NCBI RefSeq assembly: GCF_964355755.1
Contig: NC_092678.1
Coordinates: 15,915,881-15,979,880, forward strand
Length of the DNA stretch: 64,000 nt
DNA from: Antedon mediterranea
Taxonomy: Eukaryota; Animalia; Echinodermata
Direction of reading: 5' to 3'
Shown: positions 50,781 to 64,000 of the stretch, piece after piece
Layout of the letters: each line of letters opens with the position of its first letter
Position numbering within the stretch: the first letter of the stretch is position 1
Translations under genes and position numbers: made by a program
The notes under the pieces: model-generated
The model's input: only the letters and a program-made list of their open reading frames with translations
Databases searched by the model: none
What the model was told of the DNA's origin: nothing

Positions 50781-53700
50781 CTATTTTGGTGATGTATAAA
50801 TAAAAACAGTGTTATTTGTAATGTAAATGTGTATATATTGCATTATTACGAAATCTTATTCGTCCTCCTGAAAAAGGATTTTTGAATTGTTTTGTTGAAT
50901 ATGCCATTTTGATATCACATGATAGTTATTCACTTTGACCATGGATCGAAAAAAAAAATTATATGAAAAAATTGTAAAAATAAAAGTCAGATTTGTGTAT
51001 ATTTTGTCTGTTTTTACTACGGCAATAATACACATTTTTAAAACTACAAAATAGAATATTAAAAGTCTGGTTTTATTATTTGTTATTGTTTATGTTTGTT
51101 TGGTACAATACATTTAATTTAAGTATATACAATTATTATTATCGAATTCACTATGTCGAAATGACTTACTATGTCGACATAGTAATTCGATAATATAGTC
51201 TTACCTGACTATACACTGATTTTAAGTTACTTATAGATTTAAGTTACCTTATATTTTATGTGAAATTCAATTTTTTTAAGTTAATTTGATGGAACGAATA
51301 TCAAAATATAAACTTGACACCGACTTGTAGGTTCATGTTTATTCTATCTTTGTTCATGGATTGTGTATATTAAAAAATTGCACACTTTTGACGATGATGT
51401 TACCTTTCAAAACTATGTGAATACTTACAATTGGTTTAAGTTGATCAAGCTTTCAAAAGTACTATCTTTGTAATTTTTTAATCCGTTGTTTTGTATCCAC
51501 CTTAAAAAAAAAACATTTGAGAATAAAAATAAGTAAAATATTCAGTGGTGTTAGGTCATGAAGAAGGCCAAAGTTGAGTTGGGGTTGCTTTGGACATTTC
51601 TCATTCTTGGCGAAACCCTGTACGTTAATAACCGTAAGGTGATTAAAGAGTTATCTTGGATCCCACTTAACGTAAGGACGTAAAATGAAGTAATTTGACC
51701 ATACGACATAACATAATAGGTCATCCGAACTGTTGTGATTAGTCAACTCATTTTCGTTTTGCCTACGTCGTTACATTGCGTCCAAGTTGTGAGAACCTAA
51801 ATCTGGAGTAGTATATTTTATTCAGTACTTTATTGTTTGCTACTCGGCAAGGTAAGCATATACATCTTGTTTTCATTTTTTTTAATTAATTTTAGATGAT
51901 GTTCATTTGGACAATATCAACCAGACAAACCAAACAAAAACTGCTGTTACTATTTGTTATAGGTTCACCCTAATTTTGACTTATTTTTACTGGATTAAAT
52001 TGAATGACCTCATAAGAATGTTTTAGAAACGTCGTTTTTGTGACACTGTGTTTAATACAACCGAATGTCATTTTAAACTTGGCTGGTCCAACGTATTTGA
52101 AATGAATACAGTGTGTAGAGGTAGGAGGAGAAACTGTTGGCGTTGTTTATTTCCTATAAACGTCCAACCGTACGAGAATCGGGTGTCCAATGCCAGTGGC
52201 CTGAAGCATACGTGTATTTCGAGATAATAAAATGTTTACAGATTTTACAGACTATGTCGATACGACAGGCCTACATAGTGTGTTGTATATAAAAATGTAT
52301 TTGGTAGTCCGATGAATTGTTCAAAGCATATAAACAATTGCATGTAGATTAACAGTTACTCAGTTAAGTATTAACTTACAGTTGTAACAGTGACGAAGCA
52401 AACGAAGAAAATGCACCTTGCTCTATGGTAGTTATATCGTTATCATATAAATATCTGCAAAAAAATCAATATACTGTACACACATTTCCAAGATTTATTG
52501 TAAAACTACTATAAAACAATAAAATAACTAGAATAATATTAGTTACACCCTGCTTGTTCACGAAATACGGGAAATATCAGAATCATATTGCAAATACAAT
52601 TTCTAAAACAATTGGGATTATAAATAATCTTAAGCACACTTTTCCCCGGCGTATCCTTCTTTCATTATAATTCTTTAATTTTACCTCATCTTCATTATTG
52701 TAACATTATTTGGACTGCTGACTATCCATCTCATCTCGATAAACTTAATAAGCTGATTAAGCGTGCTATTAGAAATATTACTTTTACGTCTCACATTACT
52801 CCATCTGAACCTTTATTTTATGAACTTAAGTTACTGAAGTTAGGAGATATACATAAATTGCAAATTGCCTCTTTTGTCTTTCAATATTTTTCTAACACTC
52901 TTCTTTCTCCCATGATGAATTTATTTAACACTGCTGATTTCAACCATGGTCATAAATTAAGAAGTACTGTTAATAAGTTTCAGTTAACTATTCCTTTTTT
53001 AAGATTAACTAGTTCTTCCCACTTTATTTATGTTTATGGCCCTTTAATTTGGAATCAATTAGATACTAGTATTGTTAACTCTTCCTCTCTCCCAACTTTT
53101 CGTAAAAAACTTAAAAGTAATTTATTATCATTGTATTCAAACTAGACATTCAAACTGTTTTTGTCATGACTTTTTTATTTTATTTAATAATTATATACAA
53201 AGGTATTTTTTTTTCTTTTGTTTATGGGTCTTGCGTGATAAGTAATCTCTTCTTGCAAGATCCTCTATTAATGGTATTTTTTGTATTGTCTCATTATAAA
53301 TTATCATTCTTTTTTATTGTATTGTTTTACCATTGATAGAAACTAATAAATGTTGAATTATTATTATTATTATTATCTACGTTCTGGTTCCATATTCTAT
53401 GAGGCCAAATGAATACATAAACAACGCGCGCGTAGAAACATCAAGGAGGTAATACGGGATATATCACCATTCTGATCCGCTTGACTGAGTAAATGGGCGT
53501 AATACGGAATTATATCTCATACATATTGAAAAACGGATTACTGTACAGAATTCACGTAAACTAAGAGATAACAATCAAAATTTTAAAATTGTTGTCATCA
53601 TTTTATGGCCGATTTAGACTTTCTGTGACACACGAATAATTGACAAAGGCAGGCTAATTATGAGGTGCAAATCTGAGAGAGGGGAAACTATAAAGTATAG

Positions 53701-56700
53701 GAACAGATATCACCTCACAAGCAAGCTATTACTGAACCATACAATGTGAGAAAAAAAATCAAGATTATTTGACTGTGGCTCCTTTATATAAAAAAATTGA
53801 AAATCAGAAAAATGGCTAACCTCTGGAAAATGGTATGTTCACATTTTAACTTAAGTTAATATTAAGGACGAAGGACGGATAACGTGAATGATGTACGTAG
53901 GCTTACAATCCAAATTAGGTCCGATTTGTTCCACGTGCGAATGAAGAACCAGTGCTATATACCACCGTCTCTCTCGTCGTTCTACTCATATCTGAGTACT
54001 CGTGACCATACTATTCCACCGTACGGAGGGGTAAATAACCGACTCCTCTCATAATTACATTATTTTTCATTTAATAATTTTTAAGTGATAATAATAATTT
54101 ACTGTAAAACTAACGAATCAAAACATTAATACACACAATACAACTACAGGAGCCTATGTTAGAATAACGGATACATCAATCAGAATAACAAAATCCAGTA
54201 TTGCAAAGGATTAGCCTACATATGAATGAATATAAAAAAAAATGTATATTACAACGAAAATATACTATTTTCAAACGTATGATAAATAATAGAAAGCACT
54301 CACAGTATTGTCAATGATGTCAAACCATCAAACACATTTGCTGGTATTGTAGTTATTTGGTTACGGGATAAACTCCTGAAAACCGTAAAAAATACGATAA
54401 ATAAGTGTACGCAGTAGGACTACCAAAGGATAGTACCTGAAACCGTGAACAATGCGTTAAATAATAATTATTACAGTTCCCAGGTACATTACAATCAAGA
54501 ATTATTTTTTGTATTATTCTTGAAAAAAACAGATAGCTGTATTGTGCTAAAAGAAACCAAAGAGCTTCTGTAGCCGATTAGGAATGCCATTCCAACAGTA
54601 CTTTACAATACTTAGTGTTGTATATTCTGGTACAGCCGCTCCATGATCTCTTTGCTTTTCTTCCTTATATCTTTACTCTTTTTAAAAGTTTTACTAACGA
54701 TTTTTATTTTATTTTATTATAGGCTATTTATATTTTTGCTTTATGTACACGACAACTAACGATAAAATAACAGTTTTTCACATCGCAACTTATACAACGT
54801 AATTTTGAAAATTACAACCATTTTTCTATATACATACAACGTACATTTCTAGTTTAACAAAAACATTTTTCTAAACTTTCTATTATTTAAAAGTCGAAGA
54901 TAGCCAGGTCTCGGGTCCATTCTATTGTCGCCACAGATTGATATCTTCATCTGTACTTCTATGAATGGATGATTAGGTGGGAACACGAACGCTAGTTGAT
55001 CATACCCAGTACCGTTTGATCGTACGATTAATCGGGAAACCACCTCACGATATATTTTCTGTACCACTGTTGATTTTTATATGAGCAAAAAATAAAAAAA
55101 CAAACAAACAAATAGGCGTGCCATTCCAACAGTACAGTCATTATAATGTATACACAAGGATATTATAATACTTGTTGATGTTACTTTGGTCCTTATTACC
55201 ATATTATTAAATGACGATGATGCATGAATTCTGCTAATTTATTTTTCATTGTGGGATTATTTCTTCATAGAAGAACAAATTGTAAGATATTACGCTTGAA
55301 CGTATTGCACATGAAACAGATACTTTAGAAGTATTAGTGTATAAATACAATAACTATTATTAGGATAAGGGTAAAAAATGTGCCAAAAAATAAACAAGAT
55401 TCAAAGCACTACACAGCTGAGCCCCATGGTTGAATGACAACACATTGTTCACCCGATACAATTTTATGCGAAACAAAACGACAAATATAGGGTACAAAAA
55501 GAAATTAAATGTTTTACTTATAGACAACAGATTTATGCATAATGGCATATTACATTTTTGAAAATTATAATGATGATGATTCTCACATTTGTACCGATGC
55601 AATTAATACGTCCTAAGTTCACCTAAATACGGAGGGCCCGGATAACGATATACGTGTAGGGCCTACGTAACAGATGCATCTCATGATCGATGACGATTTC
55701 ATAAGAGATATATAACATTGGTTCCGCGAGCTCAATAAGCTTATTACTGTAATCACTATTGCAGAATATATTACGTAATCGAAAACATGTCGAACATTCC
55801 TTCTCGTGTGGACAACCGCATAGAGGAACTTGAACATGTGAACGCAAACTTAACGTCATGCATCTGAAAAGCCTGTTATGTTAACCCGGTTCTCAGTCTT
55901 CACATATGACAATTATTTCCCCAGTATATAAGACAAGTTGGTAATGCAGAGCCTCATGTATATCACATGTGGTGCCTGTATCATTAGCTTATGAATTAGA
56001 TTATGGTATATGATAGTAGGTAATAAATGTGAAAAATGTGATGCTGTATTACCGAATTTCCGTATGATACTAGAGAAATCGAGATACAATACCAAGAATC
56101 AGGTGTATGTTAGACGTTACTCGGCATGGAATGGAGGTTTGTAGAGTCGTGAAATGTGCAAAAAGTCACATTTGTGAAAACAACCACATTTGTGCAAACA
56201 CTTTAGCTTAAAATGTGCAAACAACCACATTTGTGCAAACATGTTACCTTTAAATGTGCAAATCTGTAAAAATTCATAACCCACAAATGTTTGCACATTT
56301 GCGGGTTAAATGTCAAGTTAAGTGTAAAAACGATCAGTTTTGACGTTAAATGTGCAAAGGGTATTCTACAAATCTGCAAAGCATTTCTTCAACCAAACTC
56401 CTATTCCATTTTATATTTTTGGTTCGTAGGTCTTTCAGAGTAGAAATAACAATAGGAAAAAGAGTATAATAAATTTAGAGTCAACTCGGCCTCACGTCAG
56501 CTGAGCTGCGTCAACTCGGCCACATTCAAGTATGGAACGCAAAAAATAGTGTTTATATTTCAATTATACCACATAGTTACGTTCAGTACTGAAATATTTT
56601 AGGATTTAAAAGAATAAAATATCTATGTGACGAAGACGGATATGACGAACCTCAAAAATCATGTGACAGAAATAATTTTAAGACTTGATTTGAATATGGT

Positions 56701-59700
56701 TATATTGACCATAGTAACATAGATATACAGTGTAATAACATGATAAAGATATACAAAACAAAATTTACAACAAAAAAGCCCCTGGCAATAGCAAAAAGTC
56801 AAATCCGTCACTTACCATCATCTCCGTCACATCTCCGTCACAAAGAAACATTGGGAAATTTGACGGAGATGAGCGTGACGGAGATGATGTATTTAGCATA
56901 GGACAGGACAGGATCACCCTGTCAAACATCACGCATGTCTGACAGCGGAGACGGAGTGCATACTGCTAGATCCATGAATAAATTGTACTTCCAGTTGAAA
57001 AAAAACCCAGAAATTATAATTATTTAATGAGTTCTATACCGTTCGGATATGACGTTCTAAAGGTACGCAACTGTAATTTTTGTAAAACCTTGTTTTATTA
57101 GCTTGTTTTAAGCATGTTTACAACGCACAATCAGTTTTTTCTTGCCATTCAAACCGTACACGGCACATTTAAATTATGTGACGGTATATGACACAAAAGT
57201 GTGGGACAATCTTTTTTTCTGAATAAAAACTTTAAATTTTGCGATTTAATGTATGTATGTGTGTGTGTGTATTTTGAAGAATAAAATCACATGACATCAT
57301 GATTAACTAATTTTTTACAAAATTTCATGAACAAAAGTCCTGTTATAAAGTATATATGGCGAACATAAAATTGAAGATGTACGATTGGGACATGGGGTTT
57401 TAGGGGGGTTGCCTTAAATATATATATATTTTTAATTAACAATATCAATGTAATTAATTATTCTTACAATAATGTTGATTATGATATAGGCCTAAGTCAA
57501 GAATTTGTATTTTTTAATAAGGGATTTTCAGTCTCTATCACACCAAAGTAACGGAACACGATTTTAGACACTTACTAAAGAAAATTTTGTAATAAATGTC
57601 CTCTTATTGGAAATGTACAAGGTACAATAAACTATGTCCATTAGATTTTCTACATTTTATGTAACATTTGTTTGTGTTATGCGAGGTTTGAACAATTTAT
57701 GCAATTGAAAATTGGGTAGAATTCCTAGCGCAAATTGAATCCAAATACTCGATTAAAATTTTAAAATAGTTCAATGTATTTTAATATTTGATAAAACCAA
57801 AGTTAAAATAAATTTGTTACGCATAAATATAAAATTAATATAAAATAAAGTCAATTCAATTAATTTCAAAGTAACATTTATTTTCTTCAAATTAAAACAG
57901 TATACAAAATGGTGTAAAGAAAGGTAATTTAATTGAAGAAGGCATGTTCAAAAAAAGCAAAAAGCTTGTGACAGACATGCCTAAACAAAGATGAGATTTA
58001 AACTACACAGGAAAAAAAAATAAAAAAGAAAATAAAGAAATAACAAAATATAAATTTACATAACATGGGTTAAACTAAATAAGAAAATAACTAAAAAAAA
58101 TAATGTTGGTATAAGTTAAGAACTGTTCGTCTTCTTGTAACTCATCATTATAATTATTATCATAAAAGGTAATATAATAAAAATTAATACTTGGATGTGA
58201 TATATTTTTTAAGTTTAAATGAAAAGCTTTTCTGAGATACAGCATCTTTAATATTTGAAGGTAGTTTATTCCATAGTTTAGGTACACTAAATGTTATGTT
58301 ATATTGAAATGATGTTTTTTTATGAAGAGGGTAACGCATTAAAAGAATAAAATGTTATTAAAATTGCGCAATTTCAAAATAAACAAGCTTGTGCAGATTC
58401 AAATTGCGAAATCTTTGCGCTATTTAGAATCGTGCATATAACATTCACATTCATACTAATATTCATCCCTATACATCCGTACTTCGTTTTTATTATTTTT
58501 CTTCTGTTCATTAGAATGATTTATTTGCACTTTTTCCGTTTCAAACTTTAACATGGCCTACACTGTAGTCTGTAGTTGACGTGAGGCCGAGTTGATTTGA
58601 GGCCGAGTTGATTTGAGGGCGAGTTGAATTTAGCTGAGGCGGTTTAGAGACTTTGATTATAATAAAATACAACAGTATAATTAGTTTTTATAATATTGAA
58701 CATTTTAAATTTATTATACTCTTTTTCCTATTGTTATTTCTACTCTGAAAGACCTACGAACCAAAATATACAATGTAATAGGAATTTTACTGAAGAAATG
58801 AATTGCACATTTGTAGAATACCTTTTGCACATTTAACGTCAAAATTGATCGTTTTTACTTTTTGCACATTTCACGGCTCCACAAGGTCTTAACCAACTTC
58901 TGAAATGTGACTGTACAATTTCGTTTTTTAGCCATGGATAAGGTGCCATAGAGACATATGTATTGTCTATTGCTAAATCCTTTCTGAAATTATATTTTTT
59001 TTTTAAAGAATCTTGTCCTTAGATATAACACCGTACTACTGATTTGATACGAATTGTATAATAGTAACATAATGCGAAATGTTCCTATCCATGCTATTAG
59101 TGGTGCAGTTATTAAATAATTACATGATTTGTAAATTAGTTTTCATTATCACGGCGTACAACACAGTGTGACGTATTGTCTGCAAACTCTTAAGAATGAT
59201 GAATTAATTGGCCTATCTATTTTATAATAATTATGTAATTTCTCAATTAATAAAACATACCAGTAATAATAACACATTACTGTTAAAAAAACAGACGAAT
59301 CCAAGCAAACTACATTATGGTAAAGTATTACAGTCTTCTTTTATCATTATTATGATAATAATAAAAAAAAAACAAAAAACATCGGGTATTATTATTTTAG
59401 ATTTGTAATTGTAAAGTATAACAAGTAAAACGATGACTATAATAATTGTGGTTATCTTACAACGAAAATATACTATTTTCAAAATTATGATAAACAAGAG
59501 AAAGTACTCACAGTACTGTCAATGATGTCAAACCATCAAACACATTTGCTGGTAATGTTGTTATTTGATTCCTGCCCAAATACCTGAAAACCGTGAAAAA
59601 GCAATAATAATGATATGTATAGTTTCAAGGTACAGTAAACAACCATATTATGTTATTATAATGTTATTACATTCTAAAAACAACAACAAATAGCTACTGC

Positions 59701-62700
59701 ATTGTGCCTAAAGAAGTCAAAATGCTTTTGTCGCCGATTAGGAGTGCCAGTGCAATAGTAAATGTATAAAACTAGTTAGAAAATAATAGTACTTGTTGAT
59801 ATTACTTTGGCTCTTATATTATCATTATTTACATTTTACAACTATTTTTCATTAACTGCTTTTACATCAATGTAATTACAATATCAATAATATGATTCGT
59901 GGATATGGATCAACATCTACAATACAATATAACCGACAATAGCCTCATTAAAAACACACATTTTATTAAATGATGTCTTCTGCTATTTTATTTTTCATTA
60001 TGGCATAATTTCACACGTCTGCCGGTGGTTCTACAGTAACTGAATTAAAGAGTAAAAGTATCAGCCAGTGTTAGTAGTAACATCTGGTTGAATGACAACA
60101 TAGTAAACCCTAATACAATTTTCTGCGGAACAAACGACTTTGACCTAAAATAAAATCTGACAAATAGTAACAAAATGACAAATGAAAAGCAATTAATATA
60201 CCTCAGATTTATGAATACGAACATCAATTTTCGATAATTATAATTGAATAATTAAATCTCAATGTTATAGAAATCCAAAAAGTTGAAATAAGAAATTAAA
60301 GTGTATAGCATGGTATAAATGTGGATCTCGACCATCAGTGAAGTAAACGGATAATATGTATTCGTCAATGGTGGACATGTATCTGTAGAAGAAGACGGTT
60401 ACAGTAACAGTAAGGATGAGTTCTCATACGGTTCTCTCATTCGTGCCGATGAAATTGATACGTCCTAAGCCCACCTTACCACTGTAGTAACGAAGGGATA
60501 ACGCTATATTATAGAGGAAGATAAAAGCAGTATTTTATTTTTGTCAATGAAATTAATACGTCATAAGTTTGCCTAATTACGAATGGATAAGGCTATATAC
60601 GTGTAGGGCATGTTCCACACCATTGTAGATTTATATATTTTATTTTAAATCTTTCTACATAACAAAAAAAACATAGGCCTATAGTATAACAGGGGAGTAG
60701 CGGAAAAGCAAAAGTAATAAAACTGTCATTTTGTGATGTGCTTGAATAGCCCCTGAAAACTAAAACGATACAATAAAACCAAAATTATAACAATAAATAT
60801 AAAAAAAAAACATAGAAAAATATGCTATTTATAACATGCTAATAAAAGTGTTACAATATAAAAATACAATTGCTCTCAGAACATTCTGATTTTAGGCCTA
60901 TAAAAGTTGAAAATTCAGAGTAAGGTGCAATCTGAAAAATCATGTATATTTACATAACTTTTGGTTTATAATATATGAAAATTTACAAATCTATAAAATG
61001 TTACTTTAAACTGTGTTTAAACTTTAGAAAAAACGAATCTCTCATAAGATGATTATTTCTGATCGTAACACAGATTGGGAAACCGTACTATCCCTGAGTA
61101 TTTAAAAGTATCAGTACGGACTCTACCATAATGAAAGGTAAGTATATATTGGTGTCGGTTATTAACTAAAAAAAGAACCAACAGAATCAACATAGATAAC
61201 AGATGCCTCTCATAACGACGTTTTCGTAGTCTTATTTTGTTTGATTGGAGATCGAAAAAGCATTCGTAATGTTTATGACGTATGACGTCATATACTGTAA
61301 TTTAATTATGCTAATATTAGTTTCCGTTTGGTTATCTTTAGTTGATATTCATTTGAACAATATCAACAGACAAACTAAACAAACACTTAAGTTGCAATTT
61401 GTTCTAGGTTCACCCGAATTTTTACTTATTTTTTACTGGATTAAGATTGAATGACCTCATAACAATGTTTTATACCCCTTTCACACCAAATAATCAAAAC
61501 TCCGGAGACACTCCGGAAATGACGCCCCGGTGTTTTGGTGTGAAAGGGGTATTAGAAACGTCGTTTTTGTGACACTGTATGTGTTTCATACGGCAGAATG
61601 TCATTTTAAACTAAGCTGGTCTAACGTATTTTAAATGAATCCAGTGTGTAGAGGTAGGAGGAGAAACTGTTGACGTTGTTTTACTGACAACTTTGTAATA
61701 CAGAACATCATGACATCACATGCCTCTATCATTAGCTTATGAATTACGTTATGGTATATGATAGTAGGTGATACATGTGAAACATGTGATATTGTATTAC
61801 CGAATGTTCCTATGATACTATAGAAATCGAGATACAATACCAAGAATCATGTGTATGTTAGATGTTACTTCGGCTTGGAATGGAGGTCTTAGCTTTAACC
61901 TCCTTAATTATGTAATGTTCCTGTATAATTTTTTGAGGCAAACATTATATACCGTGTATACATGGATAGAGTGCCGTATAGACATATGCATTGTCTGATT
62001 GCTTAATCATTTCTGAAAAAAAAATTACAGTTTCAGGATGTCAGTTTAAACTTGGCTGGTCCAACATATTTGAGATGAATGCAGTGTGTAGAGGTAGGAG
62101 GAGAAACTGTTGGGATTGTTTATTTTCTATAAACGTCCAACCGTACGAGAATCGGGTGTCCAACGCCAGTGGTCTTACGAATACGTGTATTTCTATTAAA
62201 ACGTTTTAACATTGTACAGACAATGTCCACAAAAGGCCTACGTAGTGTGTTTATGCAAAATAGAATTAGGTAGACCGATAAATTGTTCAGAGCATACAAA
62301 TAACTGCATGTATATTATTAAATTGTTTCACAGTTAAGTATTAACTAAGAAGCAAACGCAGAAAATGCACCTTGCTCTATGGTAGTTATAGCGTTATCAT
62401 CTAAATACCTGCAAATAAATCAATATACACACATTTCCAAGAGGTATTGTAAAACTACTATATAACAATACAATAACTAGAATAACAATCAAGTTTTCTG
62501 CTATAGTTCATAGTACAGTTATGTAATTTTTCATTCATTTCAGTGGCCGATTTAGACTTTCTCTGAAACACGAATAATTGTCAAAGGCAGGCTAATTTGG
62601 CCATAATGAGGTGCAAATCTGAGAGAGGGGAAATTATAAAGTGTAGAAACAGATATCACCTCACAAGCAAGCTATTACTGAACCATACAATGTGAGGGAA

Positions 62701-63273
62701 GAAATCAAGATTATTTGACTGTGATCACTTTATTTATAAAACTTGAAAGTCAGATAAATGGATAAACTCTGGAAAATGGTATGTTCACATTTCAACTTAA
62801 GTTAATCTTACGGACGGATGACGTGAATAATGTACGTAGGCCTACAATCCAAATTAGGTCCGATTTGTTGCACGTGCGAATAAAAAAAAAGTTCTATTCC
62901 ACCGTACGGGGGATAAATAACCGAGTCCTCTCATAATTACATTATTTTTCATTTAATAATATTTAAGTGATAATAATAATTTACTGTAAAACTAACGAAT
63001 CAAAACATTACACATAAACATAAACACACACTACAACTACAGGAGGCTATGTTAGAATAACGGATACATCAATCATAATAAAAAAAAAATCCAGTATTGC
63101 AAAGGATTAGCCTAAATATATGAATTAATATAAAAATAAATGTATATTACAACGAAACTATACTATTTTCAAATGTATGATAAACCATAGAAAGCACTCA
63201 CAGTTCTGTCAATGATGTCAAACCATCAAACACGTTTGCTGTTAATGTAGTTATTTGATTCTTGAATAAACTC
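49775..63273 (-). CDS. Leucine-rich-repeat GPCR, type C (RXFP/GRL101-like), 3' part; exons 63202-63273, 59512-59583, 54304-54375, 52380-52454, 51429-51500, 49775-50780
   Basis: 72/75-nt phase-2 exons each one LRR (e.g. LYLGRNQITTLPANVFDGLTSLTVL); terminal exon has hinge YSDFPRICC...CEPTDVFASCKDLL and 7TM motifs NLAVSDLLMAIYL, SVDR, YYGKQSVCLALP, IIVFTDFCCWFP, IPINSSVNPYLF; open throughout; 5' part beyond window. Confidence 0.88.
52578..53375 (+). mobile_element. CR1/L2-group LINE 3' fragment in LGR intron
   Basis: ISKTIGII..LK...SLILPHLHYCNIIW...PSEPLFYELKLLK...YGPLIWNQL...FRKKLK; aataaa + (tta)n tail. Confidence 0.8.
56140..58883. mobile_element. Non-autonomous DNA transposon with TGT...ACA ends and long TIRs (Ginger-like)
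   Basis: tgtagagtcgtgaaatgtgcaaaaagt ... actttttgcacatttcacggctccaca; further inverted block 56320-56480 vs 58700-58860; flanks aggtt/aggtc; empty site ggaggtctt near 61882-61890. Confidence 0.7.
61473..61551. mobile_element. 79-bp PIF/Harbinger-like MITE
   Basis: Perfect 18-bp TIR tacccctttcacaccaaa, TTA TSD; empty site in paralogous sequence at about 52017-52030. Confidence 0.85.
62345..62408 (-). pseudogene. Dead duplicate LRR exon (copy of 52380-52454) lacking splice donor
   Basis: YLDDNAITTIEQGAFSAFAS then TAG; about 16-nt deletion removes exon end and GT donor present in the paralog. Confidence 0.8.
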
Positions 63274-64000
63274 CTGAAAACCGTAAAAAAATACGATAAA
63301 TAAGTACACTCAGTACCAAGGGATAGTACCTGAAATTGTGAACAATGCGTTAAATAATAATTATTACAGTTCTCAGGTACATTACGATTAAGAATTATTT
63401 TTTGTATTATTCTTGAAAAAAACAGATAGCTGTATTGTGCTAAAAGAAACCAAAGAGCTTCTGTAGCCGATTAGGAATGCCATTACAACAATACGTACAG
63501 TCATTAAACTGTATACACAAGGATATAATAATACTTGTTGATGTTAGTTTGGTCCTTATTACCATATTATTAAATGACGATGAGGCATGAATTCTGCTAT
63601 TTTATTTTTCATTGTGGGATTATTTCAACATAGAAGAACAAATTGAAAGATATTACGCTTGAACGTATTGTAAATGAAACAGATAGAAGTATTAATGTAT
63701 AAATACAATAATTATTATTAGGCTAAGGGTCAAACTGTGCCTGAAAATAAACAAGATTCAAAGCACTACACAGTTGAATGACAACGCATTGTTCACCCTA
63801 TACAATTTTATGCGGAAAAAAAGGACGAATGTACAAAAAGAAATGAAATGTAATTAATTTTATATAAAAAAATTATGAATTATGGCATATTCAATTTTTT
63901 ATAAAGATGTTGATTCTCACATTTGTACCGATGCAATTGATACGTCCTAAGTTCACCTAAATACGGATAATGATTTACGTTTAGGGCACACGTAACAGAT

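Larger units (their letters stand above)
61330..64000. repeat. Intragenic segmental duplication of LGR exon/intron blocks (paralogous to 51890-56138 and about 58900-58990)
   Basis: 61330-61690 matches 51890-52160; 61685-61890 matches 55930-56138; 62040-64000 matches 52070-55675 minus insertions. Confidence 0.9.

Noticed and set aside
51136-51195. Short imperfect palindromes (also 33533-33600) as structured RNA genes
   Set aside because: No family motif; more simply local inverted duplications or MITE relics.

Overview
AT-rich, intron-containing animal genomic DNA; the gene families and repeat classes suggest a marine invertebrate, possibly an echinoderm (inference). Four gene loci: (1) 510-28540 (+), 14 exons of an adhesion GPCR with an LDL-receptor-type YWTD beta-propeller + EGF + HormR + GAIN/GPS + 7TM2 architecture, disabled by one frameshift and two nonsense codons, 5' end outside the window; (2) 30936-33220 (+), an intact two-coding-exon galactose-3-O-sulfotransferase (GAL3ST-like) gene; (3) 37659-42028 (+), a tandem GAL3ST-like paralog with a frameshift and three stops; (4) 49775->63273 (-), the 3' part of an RXFP/GRL101-like LRR GPCR whose single-LRR exons were multiplied by intragenic duplication, including one dead exon copy. 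Introns and spacers are full of mobile DNA: a three-deep nest of LINEs, two non-autonomous Helitrons (one with a readable empty site), Kolobok-, CACTA-, Ginger-, Harbinger-, mariner- and Helentron-like non-autonomous elements, Penelope remnants with hammerhead-ribozyme motifs, a 3x367-bp array carrying a chimeric tRNA-like unit, and two minisatellites. All calls are from manual reading; no searches were run.
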